64,000 bases of DNA from an uncultured Oscillospiraceae bacterium (GTDB lineage: Bacteria; Bacillota; Clostridia; Christensenellales; CAG-138), in contig CAYXRF010000011.1 in NCBI GenBank assembly GCA_964467585.1, positions 1,645 through 65,644 of the forward strand. Direction: 5' to 3'. Position 1 is the first letter of the stretch. Each line of letters opens with the position of its first letter. This document shows, piece after piece, positions 1 through 10,649 of this stretch. The notes beneath the pieces were generated by a model that was not told where the DNA came from, did no database searches, and saw only the letters and a program-made list of their open reading frames with translations. A program made the translations under genes and the position numbers.

Positions 1-309
1 GACAGAATTTCCGATACTGTCACGCGCATTGTCGGTATCGCCTTTGCCAAGACTTAAACTCACAAAAGCGCAGCAGCCGTCACCGATCATAACCGCCAGC
101 GCAAGCGCGACAACGGTTATCGGAAAAACAACTGTATTTGCGGCATTGCCATATGAGCCGAGATAATCAGCGTTTGCGATAAAAATCTGATCGACTATAT
201 TGTACAGCGAAGCGACAAGCAGCGATATCACGCAGGGAAGGGAATACTTACGCATAAGCGAACCGAGACGCTCAGTCTCCAAAAATGCGTTTGTCTTAAC
301 TGAATTCAT
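1..309 (-). CDS. MATE family efflux transporter, N-terminal fragment (gene runs off the left edge of the window)
   Basis: Minus-strand ATG at 307-309 opens MNSVKTNAFLETERLGSLMRKYSLPCVISLLVASLYNIVDQIFIAN..., and the frame stays open to position 1. This N-terminus is typical of MatE/MATE exporters (recognised from memory). Confidence 0.7.
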   Translation of the reverse strand, partial: MNSVKTNAFLETERLGSLMRKYSLPCVISLLVASLYNIVDQIFIANADYLGSYGNAANTVVFPITVVALALAVMIGDGCCAFVSLSLGKGDTDNARDSIGNSV

Positions 310-583
310 CCGTAAAAACCTCTTTTGCTTTTTCTGTGCGCAAAAAAAATACGCAAGCCCCAAAAACTTGGACTTACGCACTATCACTGCAACACAGCGA
401 TAATATTATAGCATACGCGGACAAAATTTGCAAACGTTTTTTCATAACCATATGGAACACAGAACATTCAATATGCAGCAAAAAATAGTTAAATCAACGC
501 TGCGGCTCTGATTTCAATTTAAAAGGAGATAGGCAACATACAATTCAGAACGTGACGCCGTACACAAAATGACATAACGCAAA

Positions 584-613
584 GCCCCTTGGTGAATTCA
601 AAAGCCAAGGGGC
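584..613 (-). terminator. Rho-independent terminator candidate downstream of the GH25 gene
   Basis: GCCCCTTGG (584-592) pairs with CCAAGGGGC (605-613) around a 12-nt loop. On the minus strand it is followed by TTTGCGTT, directly after the stop codon at 632. Confidence 0.55.
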
Positions 614-631
614 GTGCATAATAATTAAAAG

Positions 632-1441
632 TTAATCGTCGATCAACAGTGCACTCTTAAACCTATCCAAATCCACAACAACTGATATTCCGTCAACGCT
701 GCCATCGTCGGCATACTGATAACCGCTCCATGCCTTCCAGCTTCCGGTGGACTTAGGCTCATCTCCGCTTTGCCCATATTCAGCAATCCAAAGCGGATAA
801 ACGTTTAACGCGTCATACCAAAGGGTTTCAACAGCATACAGATCGGAGTATATAGCGGGAGTTACGCCTGTTTGCAGCTCTAAAGTCTGAAGAAAGGCAA
901 GCGCGATTGCATTAACCTTGTCTGCGGACATTCCATCGAAGCTTTCAAAATCCATAGCAGGGCGAAATTGATAGCTCTTGCCGCTAATCAGCTCCGCAAA
1001 GCGTTTCGCCTGCGATTCGGCCTCGTCAGTATCCCTTGCGGTTACATAGTAATAGAAGCCCAACTTCATGCCTGCCGCAGACGCTTTTTCATAATTGCTT
1101 TCAAACATATCATCGGTTATGCTTGAGCCTTCGCCAGCGCGAATGTACACGGCTTCAATACCGCTTGCCTTAACCTTTTCAAAATCAATATCGCCCTGAT
1201 AAAAGCTGACGTCAATTCCCGCATATTCACTTTCGGGCGCCTCTGTTAATGAGGGCGTTTGAGTGGGGGAGCAAGTACAGGACTGAATAGGGCTTGGGGA
1301 TGGAGTAACGACAGGCGATGTTGTATGGACACACGTCGTTTGCGGAGAACAGTCACATGAAGCACCGTTAACGCATCCGCATAACGAAGCAAGCAGCGCA
1401 AACAATGACAGTATAAATGCAGTAATTCTGATATAAATCAC
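632..1441 (-). CDS. GH25 family lysozyme (muramidase), predicted lipoprotein
   Basis: 269-aa ORF. It has a signal peptide with lipobox LASLCGC, then a Cys/Pro/Thr/Ser-rich linker, then GIDVSFYQGDIDFEKVKASGIEAVYIRAGEG..., which is typical of glycoside hydrolase family 25. The start codon is GTG, placed very close to an AAAGGAG RBS. Confidence 0.85.
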   Translation of the reverse strand: MIYIRITAFILSLFALLASLCGCVNGASCDCSPQTTCVHTTSPVVTPSPSPIQSCTCSPTQTPSLTEAPESEYAGIDVSFYQGDIDFEKVKASGIEAVYIRAGEGSSITDDMFESNYEKASAAGMKLGFYYYVTARDTDEAESQAKRFAELISGKSYQFRPAMDFESFDGMSADKVNAIALAFLQTLELQTGVTPAIYSDLYAVETLWYDALNVYPLWIAEYGQSGDEPKSTGSWKAWSGYQYADDGSVDGISVVVDLDRFKSALLIDD

Positions 1442-1523
1442 TCTCCTTTTTATGCATACTATGCAAAGGAGAGCTAACGAGTGTCAGACAAAAATGAATA
1501 GATATCTCAACACATAAGAAATA

Positions 1524-1553
1524 CCTCGGTTTGGCGCATATACCAAACCGAGG
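1524..1553 (-). terminator. Rho-independent terminator of the peptide ABC transporter operon
   Basis: CCTCGGTTTGG (1524-1534) pairs with CCAAACCGAGG (1543-1553) around an 8-nt loop. On the minus strand it is followed by TATTTCTTATG, about 40 nt after the stop codon at 1594. Confidence 0.7.
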
Positions 1554-1593
1554 CACAGGTCAATTTAAATTGTAAACCGTTCCATCAGGATCA

Positions 1594-3333
1594 TCAGCCC
1601 ATATTGGCGTAGATGAACATAAAGTGACCGAACGGAGTGTACCACACATTGCCAACGCCGTTTGCAAGGCAATAAGGATTTGTGTAGTAGTAGATCGGCG
1701 CGACGGGGAAACCGCCCTCGCTGAACATGATGTACTCTGCCTGATACAGATATGCATCACGCTCCGCACCGCCGGGAAGTGATTTTGCAGATGTAACAGC
1801 AGCGGTGTAATCATCGCTTACCCACAGACCGTAGTTGTAGGAATTGCCGTTAGTGAGCAGCTCAAGGTAGGTAATGGGGTCGTTGTAATCCGCGATCCAA
1901 CCGAGGCGAGCAAGACCAAACGTATGCTCAGCAAGACCATTGGTGTAAACGTTCCATTCCATGTTGGAAAGCTGGATGTTGAGGTGGAGAACGTTCTTGA
2001 CGTCGTTCTGAACGGCTGTCGCAATAGCTCTGTGCGCATCCGAAGTATTGAATGTGTATTCAATAGTTGTGTTTACATCAAAGCCATCGGCAATAGCGGC
2101 ATTCATGAGGTCAACCGCAAGGTCGCAGCGCTCGGAATACTCGGTAAGGTCATAATCGGGATACTGTTCGCCAAGCCAACGATAGATAACGCTGCCATCC
2201 GCGTCAACCCACTGGGCGTTGGTGCTGTCGGTGATTCCCGGGGGAACGAAGCTGCCGGCAGGAGTTTCGCCGGCCATCGTAACGCTGGTTACAAGGAATT
2301 CTCTGTCAATGCAAAGATTGATTGCCGCACGGACGCGCCAGTCAGTGATCTTTTCACAGTTGAGGTAGAGATAGTAGGTGCCGGTGTATGCGGGGGCAAA
2401 CAGATCGCCGGACTCCATAAGAGAGGGGATCATCTCATTGGGAACATTCTCAGCAAACATATAGTCGCCGGACTGATAAGCCGCAAGAATGGAGGTCTGG
2501 TCGGCATTAAGATACCATGTGATGCTGCCGGGCCCAAGGTTGAGATAGTCATAATAGTTTTCATTCGGAACCATCTTGATGTAGGAGTCATGTACCCATT
2601 CGGATACCTTGTATGCTCCGTTTACCACCATGTATTCCGGATTTCTTGCCCAGTCTGCGCCATACTTTGTGATGATGTCCTCACGCAGAGGCATCAAAGA
2701 AGCAAATGAGCAGAGGGGAATGAAATACGGGCATTCTGCCTCAAGCTTAACAATGAGGGTAAGATCATCCGTGGCTTCAATGCCGAGGGTGTTAACATCG
2801 GCTTCGCCTGCCTGAATCGCTCTTGCATTAACAACGATGCCATCGAGTATGTAGCCATAATCGGAGGCGGTAGCAGGGTCAACCAGTCTTCTCCAGGAGT
2901 ACACGAAGTCGCCGGCCTTCAGACCAACGCCGTCACTCCACAGCAGACCTTCTTTAAGATGGAAAGTGTAGGTCAAGCCGTCATCGGAGACGTCGTAGCC
3001 GGTGATAACGCCGTTAACGATCTCAGTATTGAAAAGAGAATCGTCATCGCAGGTTTTTTCGCCTGTGGAATTGTACTTCATGAGCCCCTCAAACATATGC
3101 ATTATGTAAGTGGAGCCGTCCACAGAGCTGTACAGCGTCGGGTCGATCGTCTCAGGCTCAGAGGCTATGCACGCAGTGAGGTTGAAGTCGGGGTCGGGAC
3201 CATCCGCAGTCGGCACATCGGTAGCTGCCGGAGTAGTGGGGTCGGTTGTACCGGGTTCAGGTGTTGTTCCGCACGCAGTCAAGAGCGCGAAAGCCATAAG
3301 AACCGTTAGAAGCAGTGCGAGTGTTCTTTTCAT
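1594..3333 (-). CDS. Peptide ABC transporter substrate-binding lipoprotein (family 5 SBP, OppA/DppA-like)
   Basis: 579-aa ORF with lipoprotein signal LLTACGT and a Pro/Thr-rich linker. The length and sequence style fit family 5 solute-binding proteins. It is the last gene of the permease/ATPase operon. Confidence 0.88.
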   Translation of the reverse strand: MKRTLALLLTVLMAFALLTACGTTPEPGTTDPTTPAATDVPTADGPDPDFNLTACIASEPETIDPTLYSSVDGSTYIMHMFEGLMKYNSTGEKTCDDDSLFNTEIVNGVITGYDVSDDGLTYTFHLKEGLLWSDGVGLKAGDFVYSWRRLVDPATASDYGYILDGIVVNARAIQAGEADVNTLGIEATDDLTLIVKLEAECPYFIPLCSFASLMPLREDIITKYGADWARNPEYMVVNGAYKVSEWVHDSYIKMVPNENYYDYLNLGPGSITWYLNADQTSILAAYQSGDYMFAENVPNEMIPSLMESGDLFAPAYTGTYYLYLNCEKITDWRVRAAINLCIDREFLVTSVTMAGETPAGSFVPPGITDSTNAQWVDADGSVIYRWLGEQYPDYDLTEYSERCDLAVDLMNAAIADGFDVNTTIEYTFNTSDAHRAIATAVQNDVKNVLHLNIQLSNMEWNVYTNGLAEHTFGLARLGWIADYNDPITYLELLTNGNSYNYGLWVSDDYTAAVTSAKSLPGGAERDAYLYQAEYIMFSEGGFPVAPIYYYTNPYCLANGVGNVWYTPFGHFMFIYANMG

Positions 3334-3394
3334 TGGTTACTCCTCCTAAAATAGTTTATTTACAAAAGCCGTGAGGCTTTGTAACGAGGTTAGC

Positions 3395-4387
3395 CTATTC
3401 GTCAAGAATATGACAGGCGGCATAGTGTCCCGGCGAGTATTGCTTCAGCTCAGGCGCTTCCTGACGACAAATGTCCTTTGCGTATGGGCAGCGCGTATTA
3501 AAGCGGCAACCGGGCGGGGGATTAAGAGGGCTGGGAATGTCACCCTCCAACAGTATTCGCTGCCTTGCACGACTTTTTATAGGATCAGGCAGCGGGACAG
3601 CGGAAAGCAGCGTCTGCGAATACGGGTGCATGGGGTGGCGGCAAAGCTCATAGCTCTCACAAAGCTCAACAAGCGAACCGAGGTACATTACGCCAATTCG
3701 TTGAGAAATATGCCTTACTACCGAGATATCATGGGCGATGAACAGGTATGTAAGCCCAATCTGCTCTTGAAGATCCTCAAGCATATTCACAACCTGTGAC
3801 TGAATAGATACATCAAGCGCGGAGATAGGCTCGTCGCACACGATAAATTCCGGGTTGACCGCAAGCGCGCGCGCAATGCCAATTCGCTGCTGCTGACCGC
3901 CTGAAAACTCATGAGGGAAGCGGTTGGCATGTTCGCTGTTCAGTCCCACGGTTTCAAGAAGCTGCGTAATTCTGTCGGCACGGTCCTTTCGAGACGCAGC
4001 AATTTTGTGGATGTCAAGAGCCTCTCCGATTATTTCGGAAACAGTCATTGTGGGATCAAGCGAAGCGGATGGGTCCTGAAATATCAACTGCATCTTGCTG
4101 CGGTAAGGACGCATATCCACAGCAATGTTTTCATCACTGTTGTAAAGGTCCACGCCGTCATATGTAATTCGACCGGAGGTAGGTTCATAAAGACGAAGCA
4201 CGGTACGCCCGAATGTGGTTTTGCCACAGCCGGACTCCCCGACAAGCCCAAGCGTTTCGCCGCGATTGATAAACAACGAAACATCCTGAACTGCCTGAAC
4301 ATATTTGGTCTTGCCAAATAGCCCGTTCTTAATGGTAAAATACTTTCTAAGCTTATCAACAACAAGCAAGGCATCGTTTTCAGCCAT
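3395..4387 (-). CDS. Oligopeptide/dipeptide ABC transporter ATP-binding protein (OppF-like)
   Basis: Walker A GESGCGKTT, signature FSGGQQQRIGIARAL and Walker B FIVCDEPISALD. It has the C-terminal oligopeptide-type extension containing cysteines (CRFNTRCPY). Confidence 0.9.
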   Translation of the reverse strand: MAENDALLVVDKLRKYFTIKNGLFGKTKYVQAVQDVSLFINRGETLGLVGESGCGKTTFGRTVLRLYEPTSGRITYDGVDLYNSDENIAVDMRPYRSKMQLIFQDPSASLDPTMTVSEIIGEALDIHKIAASRKDRADRITQLLETVGLNSEHANRFPHEFSGGQQQRIGIARALAVNPEFIVCDEPISALDVSIQSQVVNMLEDLQEQIGLTYLFIAHDISVVRHISQRIGVMYLGSLVELCESYELCRHPMHPYSQTLLSAVPLPDPIKSRARQRILLEGDIPSPLNPPPGCRFNTRCPYAKDICRQEAPELKQYSPGHYAACHILDE

Positions 4388-5421
4388 TATTTACCTCCCT
4401 TTGCCTCGTAAAGCTCCTTAATGTGAAGCCAGCAGGCGGACATATGCCCTTGTTCGTCAAGCTGCACCATTGGCGGCTTTTCGTTAAGGCACTTTTTCAT
4501 ACAGTATTCGCATCGTGGCCCAAAGCTGCATCCCTTGGGGGGATCAAGCAAATCCACAGGCGTCCCCTCAATGGGAATCAGACGTTCGTGACCATCTGCG
4601 TCAAGCCGAGGCATTGACTTCAAAAGACCTTGCGTGTAGGGGTGGCGCGGATTGTAGAAGATCTCGTTTACAAGCCCCTGCTCCATTATATGACCCGCAT
4701 ACATGACGGAAACCTTATCGCATATTTCAGCGACAACGCCAAGATTGTGGGTGATAAACACAATCGACATGCCGGTTTCTTCTTGAAGCCGCTTCATAAG
4801 CTCAATTATCTGAGCCTGTATTGTGACGTCAAGCGCGGTGGTCGGTTCATCCGCGATAAGAAGCTTGGGCTTGCAGATAAGCGCCATTGCGATCATAGCG
4901 CGTTGGCGCATTCCGCCGGAAAACTCATGAGGGTACTGGTGCATCCGCTCATTTGCGTTGTTTATGCCGACAAACTCAAGCATTTCAACCGCACGTTCAT
5001 ACGCAGCGTCCTTCGAAATAGTTGAATCATGGCAGCGAAGCGCCTCAATAAGCTGATTTCCTATCGTGTAAACGGGATTAAGACAAGTCATAGGGTTTTG
5101 GAATATCATGGTGACACGATTTCCACGGAAAGCGGTATATTGTTCTTTGGTGAAGGACAGCACATCCTCACCGCAGAAGGTTATCGAACCGCCAACTACT
5201 CGCCCGGGACTTTGAAGAAGCCCCATTATCGCATACGCCTCAACACTTTTACCGGAGCCGGATTCGCCAACGATGCCCATAACCTCGTTTTTGCCGACGC
5301 TGTAGCTTATACCGTCAACCGCCTTAACCTCTCCCGCGGGCGTGAAAAAGGACACGCGCAAATCGTTAACCTCAAGCAACGTATCGCTCTGCGTGGCATT
5401 GTCAAGAGCTTTGTTATCCAT
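4387..5421 (-). CDS. Oligopeptide/dipeptide ABC transporter ATP-binding protein (OppD-like)
   Basis: Walker A GESGSGKS, signature [12 protein letters not shown] and Walker [13 protein letters not shown] chose the ATG at 5421 ([25 protein letters not shown]). The longest ORF begins at a TTG at 5472 and overlaps the upstream permease. Confidence 0.85.
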   Translation of the reverse strand: MDNKALDNATQSDTLLEVNDLRVSFFTPAGEVKAVDGISYSVGKNEVMGIVGESGSGKSVEAYAIMGLLQSPGRVVGGSITFCGEDVLSFTKEQYTAFRGNRVTMIFQNPMTCLNPVYTIGNQLIEALRCHDSTISKDAAYERAVEMLEFVGINNANERMHQYPHEFSGGMRQRAMIAMALICKPKLLIADEPTTALDVTIQAQIIELMKRLQEETGMSIVFITHNLGVVAEICDKVSVMYAGHIMEQGLVNEIFYNPRHPYTQGLLKSMPRLDADGHERLIPIEGTPVDLLDPPKGCSFGPRCEYCMKKCLNEKPPMVQLDEQGHMSACWLHIKELYEAKGGK

Positions 5422-5449
5422 ATCAAACACAACCTTTCCCGCAGATGCG

Positions 5450-6817
5450 TTATTTCTTGAGACGTGGGTCAAGAGAATCTCTCAGACCATCGCCAACAAG
5501 GTTAAGAGACAGCACAAGAAGACTGAGAATTATTCCGGGAATTAACAGCCTGTGAGGATACAGCGTGAGAGAACCCAACGAATCCGAACAGAGCGAACCC
5601 AAGCTTGGCATAGGTGCGGAAACGCCGAGCCCCAGAAAGCTGAGAAATGATTCAAGGAATATCGCCGAGGGTATCTGAAGGCAGGTGGCGATAAGAAGCT
5701 GACCAACGCAATTCGGAAGCAAATGACGCTTGATAATCCGCGCGGTCGGCACACCCAACGCGTTGGCGGCAGTGACATATTCCTGCTTTTTGAGCATAAG
5801 CACCTGCCCACGAATAAGCCTTGCCATGCCAACCCAATAAAGCAGCGCAAACGTGATGAATATGCTCACAATGCCGACGCCAAGTGCGTTAAGCCCTTGA
5901 ACAAATGCCGAAGTTGACGAGTCAAACCAGCTTTGCAAGGGTGCTTTCAACACAACCTGTAAAAGCAGAACTATCAAAACATCAGGCACGGAGTAGATTA
6001 AATCAACAATCCTCATCATCACAAAGTCAACCGTCCCGCCAATAAGACCGGAAACGGAGCCGTAAATCGCACCGATAACAAGCACAATCAAAGCGGCGCA
6101 GATGCCAACAATTATCGAGACCCTCGAGCCGTACATGCATTGCGCCATCAAATCACATCCGCTGTTGTCGGTGCCGAAAACATGCGGAAATACGAAATCG
6201 GTAAACGCAAGCTCCAATGAGCCGTCAGGGGTGGAAGCAAGAACCTCAAGCGGACGAATGTTGCTGAAATCATCCGCATGAAAATCCTCAAGAGAAATAA
6301 TATAAAGCACATTGCCCGTTTTTGAGGCGTTGACGTCAAGCAGAATCGCCTCATTTTTTTTGAGTGACTTCGTTAAATCAAACGAGTATGTCTTGCTCTT
6401 GTATGTGAAGAAATAGTTGCCCTTTATGAGAGTGCTTCCATTGCCCAATGTGGTCGAATAGGCAGCGTCGCAGAACTCCAAAAGGGGCATGATGCTTTGC
6501 TCCGCTTCAGAATATTCCATGGGCTTGAGATTTTGAGAGGAGCGAAACTGATACGTATAATCAAATGGGAGGAACAGGGGCCCGACAAAAGCAAACAATA
6601 CAATGAAGATGAACACGAAGAACGCAATCACAGAGACAGTATTGCGCTTAAATCGGCGGAAGGCGTCCGACCAATAGGAGACGCTCTTGTGAGAGACAAC
6701 CATCGACTCCTTTTCTTGGTGTGTTGCCGGTTCAAAATCAGACGCGTTAAGCTCGCTGAAGTTTGTAAGGGAGTCAGTTTTTGTATGGAAAATATTGAAT
6801 CGGTTTTTGTTCTCCAT
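5450..6817 (-). CDS. Peptide ABC transporter permease (OppC-like) with a long extracytoplasmic insertion
   Basis: 455-aa ORF. The C-terminal part has the BPD-type permease core (FGTDNSGCDLMAQCMYGSRVS..., EAA-like region). About 130 aa are inserted after TM1. Confidence 0.85.
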   Translation of the reverse strand: MENKNRFNIFHTKTDSLTNFSELNASDFEPATHQEKESMVVSHKSVSYWSDAFRRFKRNTVSVIAFFVFIFIVLFAFVGPLFLPFDYTYQFRSSQNLKPMEYSEAEQSIMPLLEFCDAAYSTTLGNGSTLIKGNYFFTYKSKTYSFDLTKSLKKNEAILLDVNASKTGNVLYIISLEDFHADDFSNIRPLEVLASTPDGSLELAFTDFVFPHVFGTDNSGCDLMAQCMYGSRVSIIVGICAALIVLVIGAIYGSVSGLIGGTVDFVMMRIVDLIYSVPDVLIVLLLQVVLKAPLQSWFDSSTSAFVQGLNALGVGIVSIFITFALLYWVGMARLIRGQVLMLKKQEYVTAANALGVPTARIIKRHLLPNCVGQLLIATCLQIPSAIFLESFLSFLGLGVSAPMPSLGSLCSDSLGSLTLYPHRLLIPGIILSLLVLSLNLVGDGLRDSLDPRLKK

Positions 6818-6819
6818 TT

Positions 6820-7761
6820 TTACGCGTCTCCTTTTGTAAGCGTTATGCGCGGGTCGATAAGCTTGTAGGAAACATCGACAATCAAATTCATTATTATAAT
6901 AAGCGCGGAGAGAAGCATTGTAGTGCCCATGATCACAGGATAGTCACGCGCCGTAATGCTGTCGATGAAATACTTTCCGAGCCCCGGTATTGCAAACGTT
7001 TTCTCAACAACGAAGCCTCCGGTTATTATGCCTGCGAAAAGCGGCCCCAGATAGGTTACGACAGGAATAAGTGAATTTCTGAGCGCATGCTTAAATATTA
7101 TTTTGCCTGTTTTAAGACCCTTCGCCCGTGCTGTGCGAATGTAATCCTGATTTATGACGTCAAGCATTGTGGTTCGTGTAAGCTTTGAAATATGGCAAGA
7201 CGGATAGAACGCAAGAGCCAAAACGGGCAGCACATAATCAGAAGCCGAATTCAAGCTGCCGGATATCGCATGAAACCATTCGAGCTTAACACCGAATACA
7301 AGCAAAAGCAAAGCCGCAACCACAAAGCCCGGGATTGCAACGCCAAACGTTGTAAACACACGAATCAGGCTGTCAACAAACTTGCCGCGATTGTAAGCGG
7401 CAATACAGCCCAAAGGAATGCCGACGATAATCGCCAAAATCATAGCGAATATGCCAAGCTTAAAGGATATCCAGAACTTGTTTTGCCCAAATATAATCTC
7501 AGAGACGGGAGCGTCCTGCTGCATTTTGAGGGAAACGCCCAAATCACCCTTAAGCATATTAAAAAGCCAACGAAAGAACTGAACAATAAGCGGGTCATCA
7601 AGACCATACTTTGCATTTGCGCGCGCAATCTGCTCCGGCGTGGACTTCTCGGTCATAAACGGACTTCCGGGTATGGCGTTCATCAAAAAGAAGGTGATGA
7701 ATGCAACCAACAGAAGTGTCAATAACGCGGAGCCTATGCGCTTTAGGATATAGGTCACCAT
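6820..7761 (-). CDS. Peptide ABC transporter permease (OppB-like)
   Basis: Begins MVTYILKRIGSALLTLLLVAFITFFLM..., a typical OppB/DppB N-terminus. The ATG at 7761 has a GGAG 9 nt upstream. The longest ORF extends to 7842. Confidence 0.85.
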   Translation of the reverse strand: MVTYILKRIGSALLTLLLVAFITFFLMNAIPGSPFMTEKSTPEQIARANAKYGLDDPLIVQFFRWLFNMLKGDLGVSLKMQQDAPVSEIIFGQNKFWISFKLGIFAMILAIIVGIPLGCIAAYNRGKFVDSLIRVFTTFGVAIPGFVVAALLLLVFGVKLEWFHAISGSLNSASDYVLPVLALAFYPSCHISKLTRTTMLDVINQDYIRTARAKGLKTGKIIFKHALRNSLIPVVTYLGPLFAGIITGGFVVEKTFAIPGLGKYFIDSITARDYPVIMGTTMLLSALIIIMNLIVDVSYKLIDPRITLTKGDA

Positions 7762-8191
7762 CAGATAAAACTCCATCCGTTTCCGGACGCGCAGCACAGT
7801 GTTGAAAACGGCGCTTGACTGAACCGCACGACCCATATTCACATGACTTTAGTTAGTATATACTATAACATTCAATACGTCAATACTTATTTTTACTTTT
7901 TCACATACGGTTTTTCAAATTATGTTCACAATCACGACACATAATGACATAAATCAAACACAAAAGCCTAAATGTATGCAACAAAAAATCAACCTTTTCC
8001 GACACAATCGCTATGAGAAGGCAGAAGGAATATATTTATTGCAAGGCATGTGATGTGCAATATTGGCAAGCTTCACCCAAGCTCACTGCCGCAAAGCTGT
8101 TAAAGCGTGCCGCTTAGAGCGCATATGCATGTGCAACATATATTAGTAGGTAAAAAATCACCAGGCGGCGTTCAATCCGACGTGAATATAT

Positions 8192-8220
8192 TTGACACGT
8201 TTGTCGGATAAGGCTATAAT
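8192..8220 (+). promoter_or_regulatory. Sigma-A type promoter upstream of the aminotransferase-tdh-kbl genes
   Basis: TTGACA (8192-8197), 17-nt spacer, TATAAT (8215-8220). Both hexamers are perfect consensus and lie about 46 nt upstream of the ATG at 8267. Confidence 0.6.
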
Positions 8221-8266
8221 TTCAATGGGATGAAAGGTTATCCAAATAACATGACGGAGGAACGAT

Positions 8267-9544
8267 ATGCCTACTGTTTATGATATGACCCGAGATCAGC
8301 TTTCCGCACTTTACGTTGCGACGGTTGCCCAATATGCCGAATGTAAGGCAAAGGGGCTGAAGCTGGATATGTCACGCGGCAAACCAAGCCGTGAGCAGCT
8401 TGATCTTTCAAACGATATGCTGAATATGCAAATTGACCCCGCCGAAACAAAGCTTGACGGTGTTGAAGCGCGTAACTATGGGGAGCTTATGGGTTTGCCT
8501 GCATGTCGCCGCCTGTTTGCAGAGCTTCTCGGCGTTGGCTATGGTGAGGTCTTTATCGGCGGAAGCGCATCGCTTTCGATGATGTATGATGTGATTGCAA
8601 AGGCGTATACACACGGACTGCTTCATTCACAGGTTAAGTGGGGCAAGCTTGATACCGTTAAGTTTCTTTGCCCTGCTCCCGGATATGACAGACACTTTGC
8701 CATATCGGAGAGCTTTGGTATGCAGCTGATAACTATTCCGATGACCGAGAGCGGTCCGGACATGGACATGGTTGAAGGTCTCGTTGCCGACCCCGCCGTA
8801 AAGGGCATGTGGTGCGTTCCCAAATACAGCAATCCCGATGGTATTTCCTATTCTGAAGAAACAATTAGGCGCATCGCTGCATTAAAGCCTGCAGCCCCGG
8901 ATTTTTTGCTCATGTGGGACAACGCATATTGCGTACACGAATTTGACGGTGATTTCGTCCCATTTACCGACATTCTCAGCGCGTGTCGTGAGGCGGGCAA
9001 CCCCGATATGGTATTTGAGTTTGCTTCAACCTCAAAGATAACCTTCCCGGGGGCGGGCGTGTCATGCTTTTGCTGCAGTGAAGCAAATATGGCATACATG
9101 AAAAAGCTTTGGGGCGTTCAGATTATCAGCTACGATAAGATGAATCAGCTTCGCCACGTTAAGTACTTCGGCAACGCTGCGGGAGTAATATCCCACATGA
9201 AGAAACACGCTTCCGTTCTTAAACCAAAGTTTGAAATTGTACTCGACAGTCTTGAGTCACAGATTTCTCCACTCGGCTTTGCTTCATGGCACAAGCCGAC
9301 GGGCGGATACTTTGTGTCTCTTAACACCATGAACGGCTGTGCAAAGCGCACTCATGCGCTTTGTAAGGAGGCAGGAGTCGTTATGACCGGCGCGGGGGCA
9401 ACATTCCCGTATAAGCTTGATCCAAACGACAGCAATCTTCGTATAGCCCCCAGCTTCCCGCCCTGCGGCGAGCTAAAAGAAGCGATGCAGGTTCTCTGCG
9501 TCTGCCTTAAGCTTGCCGCGCTTGAAAAGCTGCTCGCAATATAA
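8267..9544 (+). CDS. PLP-dependent aminotransferase (class I/II fold)
   Basis: 425-aa ORF with a GGAGG RBS. It has an aminotransferase-like core with candidate PLP lysine in [13 protein letters not shown]. The exact substrate cannot be determined from sequence alone. Confidence 0.75.
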   Translation: MPTVYDMTRDQLSALYVATVAQYAECKAKGLKLDMSRGKPSREQLDLSNDMLNMQIDPAETKLDGVEARNYGELMGLPACRRLFAELLGVGYGEVFIGGSASLSMMYDVIAKAYTHGLLHSQVKWGKLDTVKFLCPAPGYDRHFAISESFGMQLITIPMTESGPDMDMVEGLVADPAVKGMWCVPKYSNPDGISYSEETIRRIAALKPAAPDFLLMWDNAYCVHEFDGDFVPFTDILSACREAGNPDMVFEFASTSKITFPGAGVSCFCCSEANMAYMKKLWGVQIISYDKMNQLRHVKYFGNAAGVISHMKKHASVLKPKFEIVLDSLESQISPLGFASWHKPTGGYFVSLNTMNGCAKRTHALCKEAGVVMTGAGATFPYKLDPNDSNLRIAPSFPPCGELKEAMQVLCVCLKLAALEKLLAI

Positions 9545-9558
9545 TAAATCCAAAAAGG

Positions 9559-10611
9559 ATGGCAATGATTATGCAAAAAATGATGGACGCATTGGTTAAG
9601 ACCGAGGCGGGCAAAGGGCTTGTCCTCAAGCAAGTACCGGTACCGGAGGTGCATCACGGCGAGGTTCTGATAAAGATCCACAAGACTGCTATCTGCGGCA
9701 CGGACGTACATATCTATAATTGGGATCCGTGGAGTCAAGCGCATGTGACGCCGCCGCTTACGATAGGACATGAATATGTCGGAGAGATTGCGGAGCTTGG
9801 CGAAGGAGTGGAAGAGCTTTATGTGGGGCAGCTGGTTTCGGGCGAGGGTCATATCACCTGTGGTCATTGCCGCAACTGCCGCAGCGGCAACAGCCATCTC
9901 TGCGCAAAAACGCACGGCGTCGGAGTTCAAAGAGACGGCGCGTTCGCGGAGTATATATGCATTCCCGCACGCAACGTTATCCCAGTGATATGGGATATTC
10001 CCGAAGATATTATTTCATTCTTTGACGCATACGGCAACGCGACGCATACGGCGTTGATGTTCGATGTAGTCGGAGAAGACGTGCTTATCACCGGCGCAGG
10101 CCCCATCGGTATGATGGCTGCAGGGATTTGCCGCCACAATGGGGCGCGAAACGTCGTTGTCACGGATATAAACGATTATCGTCTGGGACTTGCAAAGACA
10201 ATGGGCGCAACACGGGTGGTCAACACCTCAAAAGAGGATCTGCGCGATGTGATGAAAGAGCTTCACATGGACGAGGGCTTTGACGTCGGTCTTGAGATGA
10301 GCGGCAGCGGCATTGCACTTAATCAGATGATTAGCGTCATGCGAAACGCCGGCAAGTGCGCATTGCTTGGCATTGCAAAACCGGGAACGTCCGTTGATTG
10401 GAACGAGGTCATTTTCAAGGGGCTTACGCTTCAGGGCATTTATGGACGCAAGATGTTTGAAACATGGTATAAAATGGGTGCAATGGTTCAGTCCGGTCTT
10501 GACCTGACGCCGATGATTACTCATCGCTTCAGCTATCGTGATTTCGAAAAGGGCTTTGAGGCAATGAACAGCGGCATGAGCGGCAAGGTTGTTCTCGATT
10601 GGACAAAATAG
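9559..10611 (+). CDS. tdh: L-threonine 3-dehydrogenase
   Basis: Alignable by eye with E. coli Tdh along its length: [54 protein letters not shown]. Several ATGs lie at 9559-9583, so the exact start is uncertain. Confidence 0.92.
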   Translation: MAMIMQKMMDALVKTEAGKGLVLKQVPVPEVHHGEVLIKIHKTAICGTDVHIYNWDPWSQAHVTPPLTIGHEYVGEIAELGEGVEELYVGQLVSGEGHITCGHCRNCRSGNSHLCAKTHGVGVQRDGAFAEYICIPARNVIPVIWDIPEDIISFFDAYGNATHTALMFDVVGEDVLITGAGPIGMMAAGICRHNGARNVVVTDINDYRLGLAKTMGATRVVNTSKEDLRDVMKELHMDEGFDVGLEMSGSGIALNQMISVMRNAGKCALLGIAKPGTSVDWNEVIFKGLTLQGIYGRKMFETWYKMGAMVQSGLDLTPMITHRFSYRDFEKGFEAMNSGMSGKVVLDWTK

Positions 10612-10649
10612 CTGGTGTGCAAATAATTACCGAAAGGGGCAATTTGAAT

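Noticed and set aside
632-1441. GH25 lysozyme as a prophage endolysin or marker of a mobile element.
   Set aside because: It carries a lipoprotein signal peptide and has its own terminator. No holin, integrase, capsid or tail genes lie nearby, and the neighbours are a MATE exporter and a peptide transporter.
8013-8117. 34-aa ORF (MRRQKEYIYCKACDVQYWQASPKLTAAKLLKRAA) in the 424-bp intergenic region upstream of the peptide transporter operon.
   Set aside because: It has no Shine-Dalgarno sequence and no recognisable promoter context or family resemblance. The region is better explained as divergent promoter/UTR DNA.
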